From the NCBI GenBank assembly GCA_934635225.1, contig CAKTYZ010000003.1, forward strand, positions 99,210 through 163,209: a DNA stretch of 64,000 nucleotides, written 5' to 3'. The notes under the pieces are model-generated. The model was given only the letters and a program-made list of their open reading frames with translations. It was not told the DNA's origin and made no database searches. This document shows, in pieces, positions 55,040 through 64,000 of this stretch. The translations under genes and the position numbers were made by a program. Within the stretch, counting starts at the first letter, position 1; every line of letters starts with the position of its first letter. This DNA is from an uncultured Kiritimatiellota bacterium (GTDB lineage: Bacteria > Verrucomicrobiota > Kiritimatiellia > RFP12 > UBA1067).

Positions 55040-55869
55040 TTCTTCTTCTCTCCCTTCTTGTCATCGCCGCCCGGCGGCGTCGCGCCATCCAGCGACTGCT
55101 CGTGAATCGGGATGCGAACAATGCGGACCATCGGCGCACGGTCCGTTCGTGAACGGAAGTTCTCGTCCGGCTTCTCGATATGGAACGTCAACTCGACCTT
55201 GTAGGGGACGGCATTCGATTCGGAGAACTCGTCCTTGAAGTTGCGCTTGTCGTTCTCGCCTTCGTTCTTCGCCGAACCACTCGCCTCCTCCGCCTTCGCC
55301 AAAACGCGGCAGTTGAAGCCCGAGACGCCGTCCGCGATGAGAATCGGCTGATAAAGTTCGACATTGCCGAAGGTATAGTCCGTGTCATCGGCATCGTCCT
55401 TCGGGATGAGCGCGGCATCTCCGCAGAGACGTGCGTAGAGTCCCGTCCTCTGAATCGGCTCGGCGTAGTCGTTGTTTCCCTCTTCGAGAACCATCACCTG
55501 CACGCGATGCACCGTGTCGGCAAGCGCGTTCTTCGTGCCGACAATCGCCGGCCCCGTCTTTGACCACGTGATCACGTCCGAGCGGTCCGGGCTCTCGCCC
55601 TTGCCGCGATCCTCCAGCACGAAGCCATAGTCGGCGTTCTGCTTGCCGTCGTGCGGATAATGCATCGAGCGCAGCCCCGCGATGACTTGGTTCAACGCAT
55701 AGTCCGTGCGCTGCATCTTGTCCAGATAGTCCGCCGAGACCTGCCAGCCGCGCGAGACGGATTGGAATGTCATGACGCTCAATGCCGTAAGAACGCCCAC
55801 CAAGAGCGTCGCCAGCAGCATCTCGATGAGCGTAAAGCCCCAACGGCTCGACTTGATCGACTTATTCCC
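55036..55869 (-). CDS. prepilin-type N-terminal cleavage/methylation-domain pseudopilin (GspJ-like)
   Basis: Real start MGNKSIKSSRWGFTLIEMLLATLLVGVL (G-F-T-L-I-E class-III signal). The track ORF extends upstream through the repeat element. 4-nt overlap with the gspK-like gene. Confidence 0.55.
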   Translation of the reverse strand, partial: GNKSIKSSRWGFTLIEMLLATLLVGVLTALSVMTFQSVSRGWQVSADYLDKMQRTDYALNQVIAGLRSMHYPHDGKQNADYGFVLEDRGKGESPDRSDVITWSKTGPAIVGTKNALADTVHRVQVMVLEEGNNDYAEPIQRTGLYARLCGDAALIPKDDADDTDYTFGNVELYQPILIADGVSGFNCRVLAKAEEASGSAKNEGENDKRNFKDEFSESNAVPYKVELTFHIEKPDENFRSRTDRAPMVRIVRIPIHEQSLDGATPPGGDDKKGEKKK

Positions 55870-55934
55870 CATGAGGGATAGTATAGCAAAAAGGCCATTA
55901 CCCCATCCAGTCGGCGGAGATGGCCGCTCCGGAC

Positions 55935-56136
55935 CGAAAATGGTAATATCTAACGGGTCAGCAAAGAAGAGAGACCGGCCAGGGGGCTCAACCAAAGAAG
56001 AAAAGCGAACAACGCCACCCCATAGATGCCGGGGACGCCCTTGAACGGATGCGTCAACCGATGCGGATGGATGAGCCACCCCCATGCGGATGGGTGAGGT
56101 ACCCCCATGCGGATGGGTGAGCCACCCCCATGGGGG
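55935..56136. repeat. copy 2 of the duplicated ~200-bp intergenic element with three tandem 22-bp CCATGCGGATGG units
   Basis: See the copy-1 entry. Here it is inserted between the gspI-like and gspJ-like genes of the pseudopilin operon. Confidence 0.7.
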
Positions 56137-56311
56137 CATGGCAGAGGAAGCATGCCATAGACAAGGCACCCGACGATCCGAGCTCGGCCATCTCGAGATG
56201 GACACCGTCGTCGGTTCAGGCGGGCTGCTGGCCCTTCTCGACCGCCGCGAGGCGGCCTCGCATCGCGCAGACGGCCTCAGGAAGGCCCTTTGAGACGTTA
56301 GCTAAAAAGCA

Positions 56312-56322
56312 GGGGGGGGGGG
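56312..56322. repeat. G11 homopolymer tract preceded by AGCTAAAAAGCA
   Basis: 11 consecutive G counted. Located between the gspI-like stop (56354) and the ~200-bp repeat. The context parallels the tract at 24168-24178. Confidence 0.6.
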
Positions 56323-56353
56323 TAAGAATCTTGAGTGCGCGTGCGCAGACAAT

Positions 56354-56809
56354 TCAACGCACCGGCTTGCGCCAGAGCGTGACATAGCTCTCCTGCTCCT
56401 TCTTGCCGCGTCCCTGCCCGCGCATGCCCCACGTGACCGTGATTCGCACGCGATGGAGGTTGTTCATGCGCTTGACGTCGTCATCTGACGGGTTCCTGTC
56501 GAGGTTCTCCCGCTCCCACGTGAACCCATGGAATTTCTCCTGCTGTTCGCGCGTCAATCGTTCGTCGGAGACGAGACCCCATAATTCCGTGGCGCGCGTC
56601 TCGCGAACATCGAGATCGCCCTCCTCCTTGACATCTTCAAGAGGATACGCCATCTCGCCAAGGTCCATCACCTCCTGTGCCGTCTCCAATTCAGTCTGCG
56701 AAAGCATCATCTTCTGAGACTGCGACATCGACATGAGAATGCCCGTCAGGCCAAATCCGAGAAGAATCGCCGCCAACAGGACTTCCAACAGCGTAAAGCC
56801 CGGCTTCAT
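56354..56809 (-). CDS. pseudopilin GspI-like
   Basis: 151 aa. MKPGFTLLEVLLAAILLGFGL prepilin-type N-terminus. Confidence 0.55.
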   Translation of the reverse strand: MKPGFTLLEVLLAAILLGFGLTGILMSMSQSQKMMLSQTELETAQEVMDLGEMAYPLEDVKEEGDLDVRETRATELWGLVSDERLTREQQEKFHGFTWERENLDRNPSDDDVKRMNNLHRVRITVTWGMRGQGRGKKEQESYVTLWRKPVR

Positions 56810-57597
56810 TCGTCATCCTCCCGTCCATCGCCCGAAAGGACCTTCGCCGCGCCGAACCGGTCAATGCGAATGGAAAGTCCGCTCTCCGGCGTCTGGCCAT
56901 CTGCATAAACCCAGACCTGATGTGGATCGACGCGCCCGTTCGTCTCCCAGACGACGGACACCGGTTCCTGCCGTTCCTCGGTCTTCGCATCCTTCGGGTC
57001 CACAGACTCTTTTGCGTCGGATGTTCCGGACTTGTCCGACGAGGCCTTCGCCTCTTTGTATTTTCCCAGCAGATAATCTACGTTTGAGAAAACCGAGAGA
57101 CGAGGCTTTCGCGTCTCGCCCGACCACGTCGATTCATCATCATTCAGCACGACCTTCAGACGCATGCCTTTGACGACATCTTCCTTGATGGGCGCAAACA
57201 GGACGTCTTGGACAAGGGAGCCTCCATCATCCGCTTTCTCGGCAGGATCGGTCTCGGCCGACTTGGGCATCGGCAACGAATCACCAGCCAATGTCCGGAT
57301 TTTGCTGCGCTCAACCTCGTCCGCAAAAAGCTTGGCGGACGTCATCTCTATCTTCGCCAACGACTCGCCATCGACCTCTTCGGTCGAATAGGTGATGATG
57401 ACAGGCTTCTGCGAGACGAGCGCCTGCGAACGCGCATGGCGAATCGCGGCAAAGATGTCGCGCGTCGCCCCTTTGACGCGCGCGGCACCCTGTCCCGCGC
57501 GGACGCTGACGACGCCAACACCGGCCATCGCGCAGATGATCGCGACAATCACCAGCAGTTCAATGAGCGTAAAGCCATGTCCTGCCCGCCGGGTCAC
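56806..57597 (-). CDS. pseudopilin GspH-like (probable GTG start)
   Basis: Prepilin motif GHGFTLIELLVIVAIICAMAG. The first ATG (57687) would give a 36-aa leader. GTG at 57597 gives a typical 8-aa leader (VTRRAGHG|FTLIE). Confidence 0.5.
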   Translation of the reverse strand: MTRRAGHGFTLIELLVIVAIICAMAGVGVVSVRAGQGAARVKGATRDIFAAIRHARSQALVSQKPVIITYSTEEVDGESLAKIEMTSAKLFADEVERSKIRTLAGDSLPMPKSAETDPAEKADDGGSLVQDVLFAPIKEDVVKGMRLKVVLNDDESTWSGETRKPRLSVFSNVDYLLGKYKEAKASSDKSGTSDAKESVDPKDAKTEERQEPVSVVWETNGRVDPHQVWVYADGQTPESGLSIRIDRFGAAKVLSGDGREDDE

Positions 57598-57610
57598 AAG
57601 TTCGCCGCCT

Positions 57611-59326
57611 TTAGTCGAGCGCAGCGAGGATTGCCGCGACGGCCTCACCCGCCGGAACAACCTTCGTCTGTGACTTGTCCTGATCACGGCGCTTCACTTC
57701 GACGCCACCGTTCGCGAGACCCTTCGCGCCCACGACAACGCGCACGGGGAAGCCTATAAGATCCGCGTCCTTGAACTTGACGCCCGGACGTTCGGCGCGG
57801 TCATCGACAATCACGTCAACGCCCTTCGCCTCCAACGCGGCCTCCAGCTCGTCCGCAACCTGCGTGACCTCGGGCTTGTCCGGGTCAAGGTTCTCGACGA
57901 CGACCCGATACGGCGCGACGGACGCCGGCCAGACGATGCCGTCGGCATCGTGGCACTGCTCAATGACGGCTTGCACGGTGCGGCTCACGCCAATGCCATA
58001 GCACCCCATCACCATGACCTTCTCCTGAAGTTCCGCGTTCTTGAACGTCGCCTTGAACGCATCCGTATATTTCGTGCCGAGCTTGAAGACGTGACCGACT
58101 TCAATGCCGCGTCTGATGACCATCGGCTTGCCGCAGGTTGCGCAGATGTCACCGTCGCGGACGATGACGAGATCGGCATAGTCTTCTGCTGCAATCGCGC
58201 AGTCACGGTCCAGATCGACATTCTTGATGTGGTGATCGTCTTTGTTCGCGCCGACAATGACGCCCTTCGCGCCCTTCAGCTCCTGATCGCAGACAATGCG
58301 GAGGGACGCGTCTGCCGGCTTTACCGGACCGACCGAACCCGCGTTCGCGCCCGATGCCTTGAGAACCGTCTCATAGTCCGCCAACTCGACCTTTTTCGCG
58401 TTGAGGAAATGACGAAGCTTGACCTCGTTCACATCACGATCGCCGGGAACGCAGACCATGACGGGCTTTCCGTCCGCCGAATAGACGAGAGACTTCACGA
58501 ACGCCGAGCCGGGAACGCCCATGAACGCCGAGACCTCGTCGATCGTCTTCGCGCCTGGAGTCGGAAGGACTTCCAACGGTCCGCACGCCGCGTCCGTGCG
58601 CGACAAGACCTTGCGCCCCGCTTTCTCAAGATTCGCCGCATAGCCGCAGGCTTCGCAAAACGCAATGCCGTCTTCGCCCGCATCGGCGAGAACATGGAAC
58701 TCATGCGAGAACTTGCCGCCGATGTCGCCCGTATCGGCCTCGACCGGATGCGCCTTCAGCCCGCAACGCGCAAAGACGCGCTTGTAGGCCTCGAACATCG
58801 CCATGTAACTCGCGTCCGCAGCCTCCAGCGAGGTGTCGAACGAATAGGCGTCCTTCATCAGGAACTCCTTCGATCGCATAAGCCCGAAGCGCGGACGGAT
58901 CTCGTCGCGGAACTTCCACTGGATCTGGTACACCGTGACGGGAAGCTGGCGGTAGGACGAGACGATGCCGTTGACGACATCCGTCACCACCTCCTCCGCC
59001 GTCGGCGAAAGGGCGTAGTCATGAGCCGCGCGGTCTTTGAGCCGGAACATGCCCGGGCCCATTGAGACCCAACGTCCGGACGTCTGCCAAAGTTCAGCGG
59101 GCTGAAGGATCGGCATCACGATTTCCTGCGCACCTGCGCGGTCCATCTCCTCGCGGACGATGTTCGCGACCTTGTTGAGAACGCGCATGCCAAGCGGCAG
59201 ATAGGTGTAGAGACCGCCGGCGACCTTCTTCATGAGGCCCGCACGAATCATCAGCTTGTGAGAGTCAATTTCGGCGTCACCGGGGTTCTCCCGGAGCGTC
59301 TGGATGAGTGATTTAGTCCATTTCAT
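57611..59326 (-). CDS. proS: proline--tRNA ligase (bacterial type with INS editing domain)
   Basis: 571 aa. Class-II aaRS motifs (FRDEIRPRFGLMRSKEF, GCYGIGVSR), an inserted editing domain and a C-terminal anticodon-binding domain. Confidence 0.9.
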   Translation of the reverse strand: MKWTKSLIQTLRENPGDAEIDSHKLMIRAGLMKKVAGGLYTYLPLGMRVLNKVANIVREEMDRAGAQEIVMPILQPAELWQTSGRWVSMGPGMFRLKDRAAHDYALSPTAEEVVTDVVNGIVSSYRQLPVTVYQIQWKFRDEIRPRFGLMRSKEFLMKDAYSFDTSLEAADASYMAMFEAYKRVFARCGLKAHPVEADTGDIGGKFSHEFHVLADAGEDGIAFCEACGYAANLEKAGRKVLSRTDAACGPLEVLPTPGAKTIDEVSAFMGVPGSAFVKSLVYSADGKPVMVCVPGDRDVNEVKLRHFLNAKKVELADYETVLKASGANAGSVGPVKPADASLRIVCDQELKGAKGVIVGANKDDHHIKNVDLDRDCAIAAEDYADLVIVRDGDICATCGKPMVIRRGIEVGHVFKLGTKYTDAFKATFKNAELQEKVMVMGCYGIGVSRTVQAVIEQCHDADGIVWPASVAPYRVVVENLDPDKPEVTQVADELEAALEAKGVDVIVDDRAERPGVKFKDADLIGFPVRVVVGAKGLANGGVEVKRRDQDKSQTKVVPAGEAVAAILAALD

Positions 59327-59370
59327 GGGAAAATAATCGGATAAGTCGAATGCTTTGATTGATAGCCGAA

Positions 59371-61827
59371 TTAGGCGAACTTGATTGGCTCAACGTGCCA
59401 GATGTTCTTCGCATACTCCATCACCGCACGATCAGACGAAAACCGTCCCGAGCGTGCGATGTTGACGAGAGACATCTTGTTCCACTTCTTTGCGTCACGA
59501 TACGTCTTGTCAACAAGATCCTGTGCGCGGCAGTAGTCCTTGAGGTCCGCCAAGAGCATGTAGTAGTCATTATAATCCAGCAGACTCCGCAGAATCGGCT
59601 CAAACAGGCCCGGATCCAAAAGCGAGAAGACATTTTCCTTGATCATGTCCAGCGCAAGCTTGATTTCGGGATCCTTCTTGTAGTAGTCGCGCGAGACATA
59701 GGTCGGACGCAATTTCGCGACGTCTTCGGTCCGAAGGCCGAAGAGGAACATGTTCGCATCGCCAACCTCCTGGTTGATCTCGACATTCGCGCCATCGTAA
59801 GTGCCGAGAGTCAACGCGCCGTTCATCATGAACTTCATGTTGCCCGTGCCCGACGCCTCCATGCCCGCAAGCGAGATCTGCTCGGAGACCTCCGACGCCG
59901 GCATGATCTTCTCCGCCAGCGAGACACGGTAGTCAGGAAGAAACGCGACCTGCAGACGGTCGCGCGTCCGCGGATTCGCGTTGACGACCCCCGCAATGCC
60001 ATGGATGAGGCGGATGATGAGCTTCGCCATGAAGTAGCCTGGCGCAGCCTTGGCCGCGAAGATGAACTGGCGCGGCATCGGATCATAGGTCGGGTCGCCG
60101 AGAAGGCGGTTGTAGAAGACGATGATGTAAAGCGCCAGCAGAAGCTGCCGCTTGTACTCGTGCAGACGCTTGACCTGAACGTCAAAGATCGCATCGGGAT
60201 TCAGCGGAATGTCGAGGTTCTTCTTCGTCCACGCGGCCAGCTGTCCCTTGTTGGACTTCTTGATCTTCGCAAGCGCGTCAAGGAAGTTCGCGTCATTCGC
60301 AAACTTCTCGATTTCCCTGAGTTCGTCAAGGTGCGTGATCCAGCGGTCGCCAATTGTCTCGGAGATGAGCTGCGAGAGCATCGGATTCGCCTTGAGAAGC
60401 CAACGGCGCGGCGTGATGCCGTTCGTCACGTTGTGGAACTTCTCGGGCCAGATCTCGTAGAAATCCTTGAACAGGCTCTCCTTCAGAATCTTCGAGTGCA
60501 ACTCGGCAACGCCATTGACGGACGAAGTGCCGACAAGGCAGAGGTTCGCCATGCGGACGTAGCGCGAGCCGCTTTCGTCGATGAGGGACATGCGCTGGAG
60601 CTTCGGGATGTCGCCCGGATAAAGCGCACTCACCTGCTGGAGAAAGCGGCCGTTGATTTCGTAGATGATCTGCAGGTGCCGCGGCAAGAGGCGTTCCATC
60701 ATCGGCACGGCCCACTTCTCCAGAGCTTCCTGAAGAATCGTGTGATTCGTGTAGCCCGTCGAACGGCGCGTCAGATCCCATGCCTTGTCCCAGTCAAGCC
60801 CCTCAAGGTCAATGAGAATGCGCATCAACTCGGGAATGACGAGCGTCGGATGCGTGTCGTTGAGGTGGATGAACACCTTGTCGGGAAGCGCATCCCACGT
60901 CTCGTTGTGACGGCGGTAGCGGCGCAGGATGTCCTGCAGCGAGCAACAGACGAAGAAATACTCCTGACGAAGGCGAAGCTCCTTTCCGGCAAGCGTGTTG
61001 TCGTTCGGATAAAGGACCTTCGTCAAGTTCTCGGCCAGCACCTTCGTCTCGACGGCCTTGACGTAATCGCCCTTGTTGAAGTTCTCAAGCGCGAAATCGT
61101 CCACAGCCCTTGCGGACCAAAGCCGGAGGGAGTTCACCGCATTGCAGTAGCCGACGACAGGCAGGTCATACGGAACGCCTTGCACCGTCTCGCTCGGCAC
61201 CCAATGCCAAGTCTGGCGGCCCTCGTCATTGCGACATTCGACATGCCCGCCGAAATGGACATGTTGCGAATACTCGGGACGCGCCATTTCCCACGGATAG
61301 CCGTCCTTCAACCAGTGGTCCGGCTCCTCGACCTGACAGCCGTTGACGATGCGCTGACGGAAGATGCCATAGTCGTAACGAAGTCCGTAGCCCATGCCCG
61401 CAAGGTCCAGCGTCGACATCGAATCGAGGTAACACGCCGCAAGACGCCCGAGGCCGCCATTGCCAAGGCCCGCATCCGTTTCATAGTCACGCAAGTCGTT
61501 CCAGTTGATGCCAAAGTCCTTCAGCGCGTCGCGGCACAGCTGGTCGGCCTTGAGGTTGATGACATTATTGCCCAGAAGTCGCCCAATCAGGAACTCCAGC
61601 GACATGTAGTAGACGCGCTTCGTGTTCTGACGACCGTATTCCTCCTGCGTCGAGATCCAACGCTCCACGATACGGTCGCGGACGGCCGTCGCAAACGCGG
61701 TATAGCGGTCATGCGGCGTGGTGCGCGTATCGCCCTTCGCCAAGGTATAGCGCAAATGCCAGCAATAGTCTTCCTTCAGTCCTTCGACTGACATCTCGAC
61801 CCGACGGTCTTTCTTCTTCGTTGCCAT
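59371..61827 (-). CDS. glgP: glycogen/maltodextrin phosphorylase, GT35
   Basis: 818 aa. GNGGLGRLAACYLDSMSTL and the PLP-site EASGTGNMKFMMNGALTLGTYDGANVEI. Confidence 0.9.
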   Translation of the reverse strand: MATKKKDRRVEMSVEGLKEDYCWHLRYTLAKGDTRTTPHDRYTAFATAVRDRIVERWISTQEEYGRQNTKRVYYMSLEFLIGRLLGNNVINLKADQLCRDALKDFGINWNDLRDYETDAGLGNGGLGRLAACYLDSMSTLDLAGMGYGLRYDYGIFRQRIVNGCQVEEPDHWLKDGYPWEMARPEYSQHVHFGGHVECRNDEGRQTWHWVPSETVQGVPYDLPVVGYCNAVNSLRLWSARAVDDFALENFNKGDYVKAVETKVLAENLTKVLYPNDNTLAGKELRLRQEYFFVCCSLQDILRRYRRHNETWDALPDKVFIHLNDTHPTLVIPELMRILIDLEGLDWDKAWDLTRRSTGYTNHTILQEALEKWAVPMMERLLPRHLQIIYEINGRFLQQVSALYPGDIPKLQRMSLIDESGSRYVRMANLCLVGTSSVNGVAELHSKILKESLFKDFYEIWPEKFHNVTNGITPRRWLLKANPMLSQLISETIGDRWITHLDELREIEKFANDANFLDALAKIKKSNKGQLAAWTKKNLDIPLNPDAIFDVQVKRLHEYKRQLLLALYIIVFYNRLLGDPTYDPMPRQFIFAAKAAPGYFMAKLIIRLIHGIAGVVNANPRTRDRLQVAFLPDYRVSLAEKIMPASEVSEQISLAGMEASGTGNMKFMMNGALTLGTYDGANVEINQEVGDANMFLFGLRTEDVAKLRPTYVSRDYYKKDPEIKLALDMIKENVFSLLDPGLFEPILRSLLDYNDYYMLLADLKDYCRAQDLVDKTYRDAKKWNKMSLVNIARSGRFSSDRAVMEYAKNIWHVEPIKFA

Positions 61828-62018
61828 GTTCTCTTTCTTTCAGCAAAAAGTGCTTATCTTCTCCAATGGGCTTATATTATACCATATTTGCGGGCGCACC
61901 CACATCGTTGTCCGCACAAGAGGACCCGCCGTCAGCTCGACGCGATTGACTCCGTGAGTCCATGGGACGGACGGACAAAACACGCCGCAGGCCTCCGATG
62001 TCTCTCGAATCCCGGAGA

Positions 62019-62921
62019 TTAGAACTTGAACATCTTCTTGAGGGCGTCGGCCGTCTTCTTCACGTCATCGCCGACCTTCTTCATCCCTTCGTTCATCTTC
62101 TTCACGCCCTCATTCAGATTCTGTGCGCCCTGATTCACCGAATCGGCGGCGGACTGAAGGGTCTCTGAGGTCGCCTTGCCCGCGTTTTGAAGCGAAGACC
62201 CGATTTGCCCGGCCGCCGTGTTGACAAGCCCGCCAAGCGCAGCCGCACCATCCCCGACGGCCGTCGCGCTCTTGAGAATCGCGTCCCAGACCTGAAGGAG
62301 AACCTCCGCCAGCGTCGCGCCTCCGGAGTTCTTGCCGATATCGGTCAACGTCAACGTGACCGGAATGGGGATTGTCAGCATCTGCAGTTTGACGCGGACG
62401 CCCGAAACGGAGAGTCTGTCAATGACGACCTTCAGCTCTTCCGTCTCCGGCTCGGGCGTCACGTCCTTCTCCGACATCTTGCGCTGCTGTGCGGCATCAT
62501 ACTTCTCCTTGCCGCCCGCAACATTCATCTGAATCTGCGTCAGGTTGTCAACGTTGTTCTCGCCACCGTAGAGATAAGAGACAAAACAGTCCTTCAGCGT
62601 GACTTCATGGACATGGATGCAATCCGACAACACGCTCATTCCGTCCAGAACGACGACCAGACTTCCGAGACTCAGGGCGATCGGTTCGGAATAGCCCGTC
62701 GGATTGCCGACTTTCAGGTTCCCCAGCTCCAGACGTCCCGAATACGGATTGAGCGCAAGGTGTCCAAGGTTGAACTCGGTTTGCGTAATCCGAGAAGCCG
62801 CCGCGTTCGCAATCGGACGGACGACAGGCCCGACCCAAAGCGGAATCGTCGCGACAAGAAGAACAGCCAAGACCACAAGTCCCAGCAACGACCAGAGAAT
62901 GACTTTGAATGCCTTTTTCAT
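62019..62921 (-). CDS. hypothetical membrane-anchored protein (N-terminal TM helix, Gly/Ala/Gln-rich coiled C-region)
   Basis: Start MKKAFKVILWSLLGLVVLAVLLVA (the track ORF has a 60-aa spurious extension). No confident family call. Confidence 0.35.
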   Translation of the reverse strand: MKKAFKVILWSLLGLVVLAVLLVATIPLWVGPVVRPIANAAASRITQTEFNLGHLALNPYSGRLELGNLKVGNPTGYSEPIALSLGSLVVVLDGMSVLSDCIHVHEVTLKDCFVSYLYGGENNVDNLTQIQMNVAGGKEKYDAAQQRKMSEKDVTPEPETEELKVVIDRLSVSGVRVKLQMLTIPIPVTLTLTDIGKNSGGATLAEVLLQVWDAILKSATAVGDGAAALGGLVNTAAGQIGSSLQNAGKATSETLQSAADSVNQGAQNLNEGVKKMNEGMKKVGDDVKKTADALKKMFKF

Positions 62922-63499
62922 TTGAGTGTCTCCACTGTGATTTTCGTACGATGGCCGGACCCTTCGGTCTCGACCTCCAAAACGTTGGCCATCCAGCGAT
63001 CGCCGAACTTCTTCAGGCGGGCCCCCCAAAGACGACGCACGCGGCGTTCGCCCTCGAACTCTTCCGCCTGCATCAACGCACCGGTTTTGCGGTCGATCCA
63101 CACGCGAACGGTCCGCGCCCCCTTGCGCAAGACGACGACCGCGCAGACCTGCCCGTGGACCGTCTCCCCTTCGCGTTCCGCATCGTAGGAGACGTCATCC
63201 CACCAAAGGTAGTCCAGCGACAGGTCGCTCCATGTGACGTCCGTCCCGCAAATGCCGTCCTTTGCGCGCACGGCATCCACCGGCTGCGCAAAGGGCTGAC
63301 CGTCGACGGTCAGCGCGGTTTTCCCCGACGCGCGCGTGAGAACATAGTCATGTTCGGCCTTGACGATGCCTCGTCGGTTGCGGAGGACAATCCGCCCCGT
63401 GAGCTCGACATTCGCCGGAATCATCGCCCGGCAGGTCGCCACGAGCTCATGCGGCGTCGCATTGGTTGCAATCAAGGCACTGGCGAGAAGCGCGAACAT
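62918..63499 (-). CDS. hypothetical secreted protein (possibly LolA-like fold)
   Basis: Start MFALLASALIATNA (signal). About 190 aa beta-rich. Assignment is speculative. ATGA overlap with the downstream gene. Confidence 0.3.
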   Translation of the reverse strand: MFALLASALIATNATPHELVATCRAMIPANVELTGRIVLRNRRGIVKAEHDYVLTRASGKTALTVDGQPFAQPVDAVRAKDGICGTDVTWSDLSLDYLWWDDVSYDAEREGETVHGQVCAVVVLRKGARTVRVWIDRKTGALMQAEEFEGERRVRRLWGARLKKFGDRWMANVLEVETEGSGHRTKITVETLK

Positions 63500-63515
63500 T
63501 TCGTCTCCCCTTGTC

Positions 63516-64000
63516 TCACAGGCTCGCAAGAAGTCCGCCGCACAGGACAAGATGCCTTTCACGGTCGGAAAGCGCCGTCTTCACCTGGAAGGCCCCTTTC
63601 GGGCTCTTCACCTTCAGGACGCCGTCCCCTTCAATTGCCGCGCGGATACCTCTCAGTTCCAGCCTGTCGCCCGCCGCAAGCTTGCCGTAATCCGCCGGAT
63701 TGACGAACGTGAACGGCACGATGCCGAAATTGATGAGGTTCGCGCGGTGAATGCGCTCAATGGACTTCGCGATCACCGCTTTCACCCCGAGATACATCGG
63801 GCAGAGCGCCGCGTGTTCGCGCGAGGACCCCTGGCCGTAGCTCTCGCCCGCAACAATGACATTGGCGAGCCCCGCCGCCTTGTTCGCAAGGCAATTGTCA
63901 TGGAACTTCGGATCGCACGGCTCGAAGACGAACTTCGCATACTGCGGGATGTTCGAGCGATACTTCAGGCGCGCGCCCGCCGGCATGATGTGGTCTGTGG
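63516..64000 (-). CDS. acnA: aconitate hydratase, C-terminal (swivel) domain; 5' part lies outside the window
   Basis: [52 protein letters not shown] matches the aconitase/IRP C-terminal domain (GSGSSRD..A, SFERIHRSNL). The gene continues beyond 64000. Confidence 0.7.
   Translation of the reverse strand, partial: TDHIMPAGARLKYRSNIPQYAKFVFEPCDPKFHDNCLANKAAGLANVIVAGESYGQGSSREHAALCPMYLGVKAVIAKSIERIHRANLINFGIVPFTFVNPADYGKLAAGDRLELRGIRAAIEGDGVLKVKSPKGAFQVKTALSDRERHLVLCGGLLASL

Noticed and set aside
55036-56205. Long N-terminal extension of the gspJ-like ORF (..HPHGGTSPIRMGV..) and the 55950-56153 minus ORF
   Set aside because: The extension is simply translation of the tandem-repeat element. The real prepilin-type start (MGNKS..GFTLIE) is at 55869.
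59359-61791. 810-aa plus-strand ORF
   Set aside because: Antisense to glgP, which has the PLP-site and GNGGLGRLAAC motifs.
1-64000. Mobile elements (IS/transposase/integrase) near tRNA-Cys or flanking the low-GC island
   Set aside because: No transposase, integrase or recombinase-like ORF and no att-like tRNA 3' duplication were found. The island's acquisition mechanism is therefore not supported by the sequence.

Overview
This is a 64-kb window from a high-GC (~60%) bacterial chromosome. Almost every confident gene (about 50 of 52) sits on the minus strand, so the long plus-strand ORFs in the track are mostly antisense artefacts. The PVC-group origin (Verrucomicrobiota/Lentisphaerota-like) is only a guess from prepilin-type proteins and PATR/LamG giants.

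Housekeeping genes with clear homology: kdsA, pyrK-pyrD, galE, icd, trmB, rsfS, glgA, glgP, proS, an N-domain-less clpB, an OadA/PycB-like carboxyltransferase and the 3' end of acnA.

Carbohydrate enzymes and related genes:
- A beta-mannosidase-type GH2 fused to a GH28-like beta-helix domain.
- GH13, a GH5-like clan GH-A enzyme, GH116 and GH97.
- An ADP-ribosylglycohydrolase-like domain fused to GH5, and an SGNH esterase fused to a xylose-isomerase-like TIM barrel.
- Two esterases and an FGE-sulfatase-domain protein.
- A sugar-kinase block: FGGY kinase, SIS isomerase, ROK kinase, an acyl-CoA-dehydratase activase/HgdB-like fusion and galE.

Other calls are a NarL-type two-component pair, a gspH/I/J/K minor-pseudopilin operon and a tRNA-Cys(GCA) with a consensus-like promoter.

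The most unusual region is a lower-GC island at about 29.9-35.8 kb. It carries a radical-SAM/SPASM enzyme with an apparent frameshift and a shortened core. Next to it is a 143-aa Cys/Asp-rich peptide with three D-x-C-P-G-G repeats and five DxCxxx hexads, which is a ranthipeptide-like CxxxD architecture. Three paralogous CarboxypepD_reg-like lipoproteins in the same island share a conserved C-terminal tail N[VI]IY[VA]PD[LI]. The operon appears to continue into an O-antigen-ligase-like membrane protein and a tandem alpha/beta hydrolase.

Recurrent non-coding elements:
- An identical 30-bp motif with a 9-2-9 palindrome (CACTACTCA-AA-TGAGTAGTG) occurs three times. Each copy lies next to a TATACTAY -10 box upstream of a gene start.
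- A duplicated intergenic element of about 200 bp ends in 2-3 tandem 22-bp CCATGCGGATGG units.
- Two G11 tracts each follow an AGCTAAA context.

No rRNA, CRISPR array or transposase was found.
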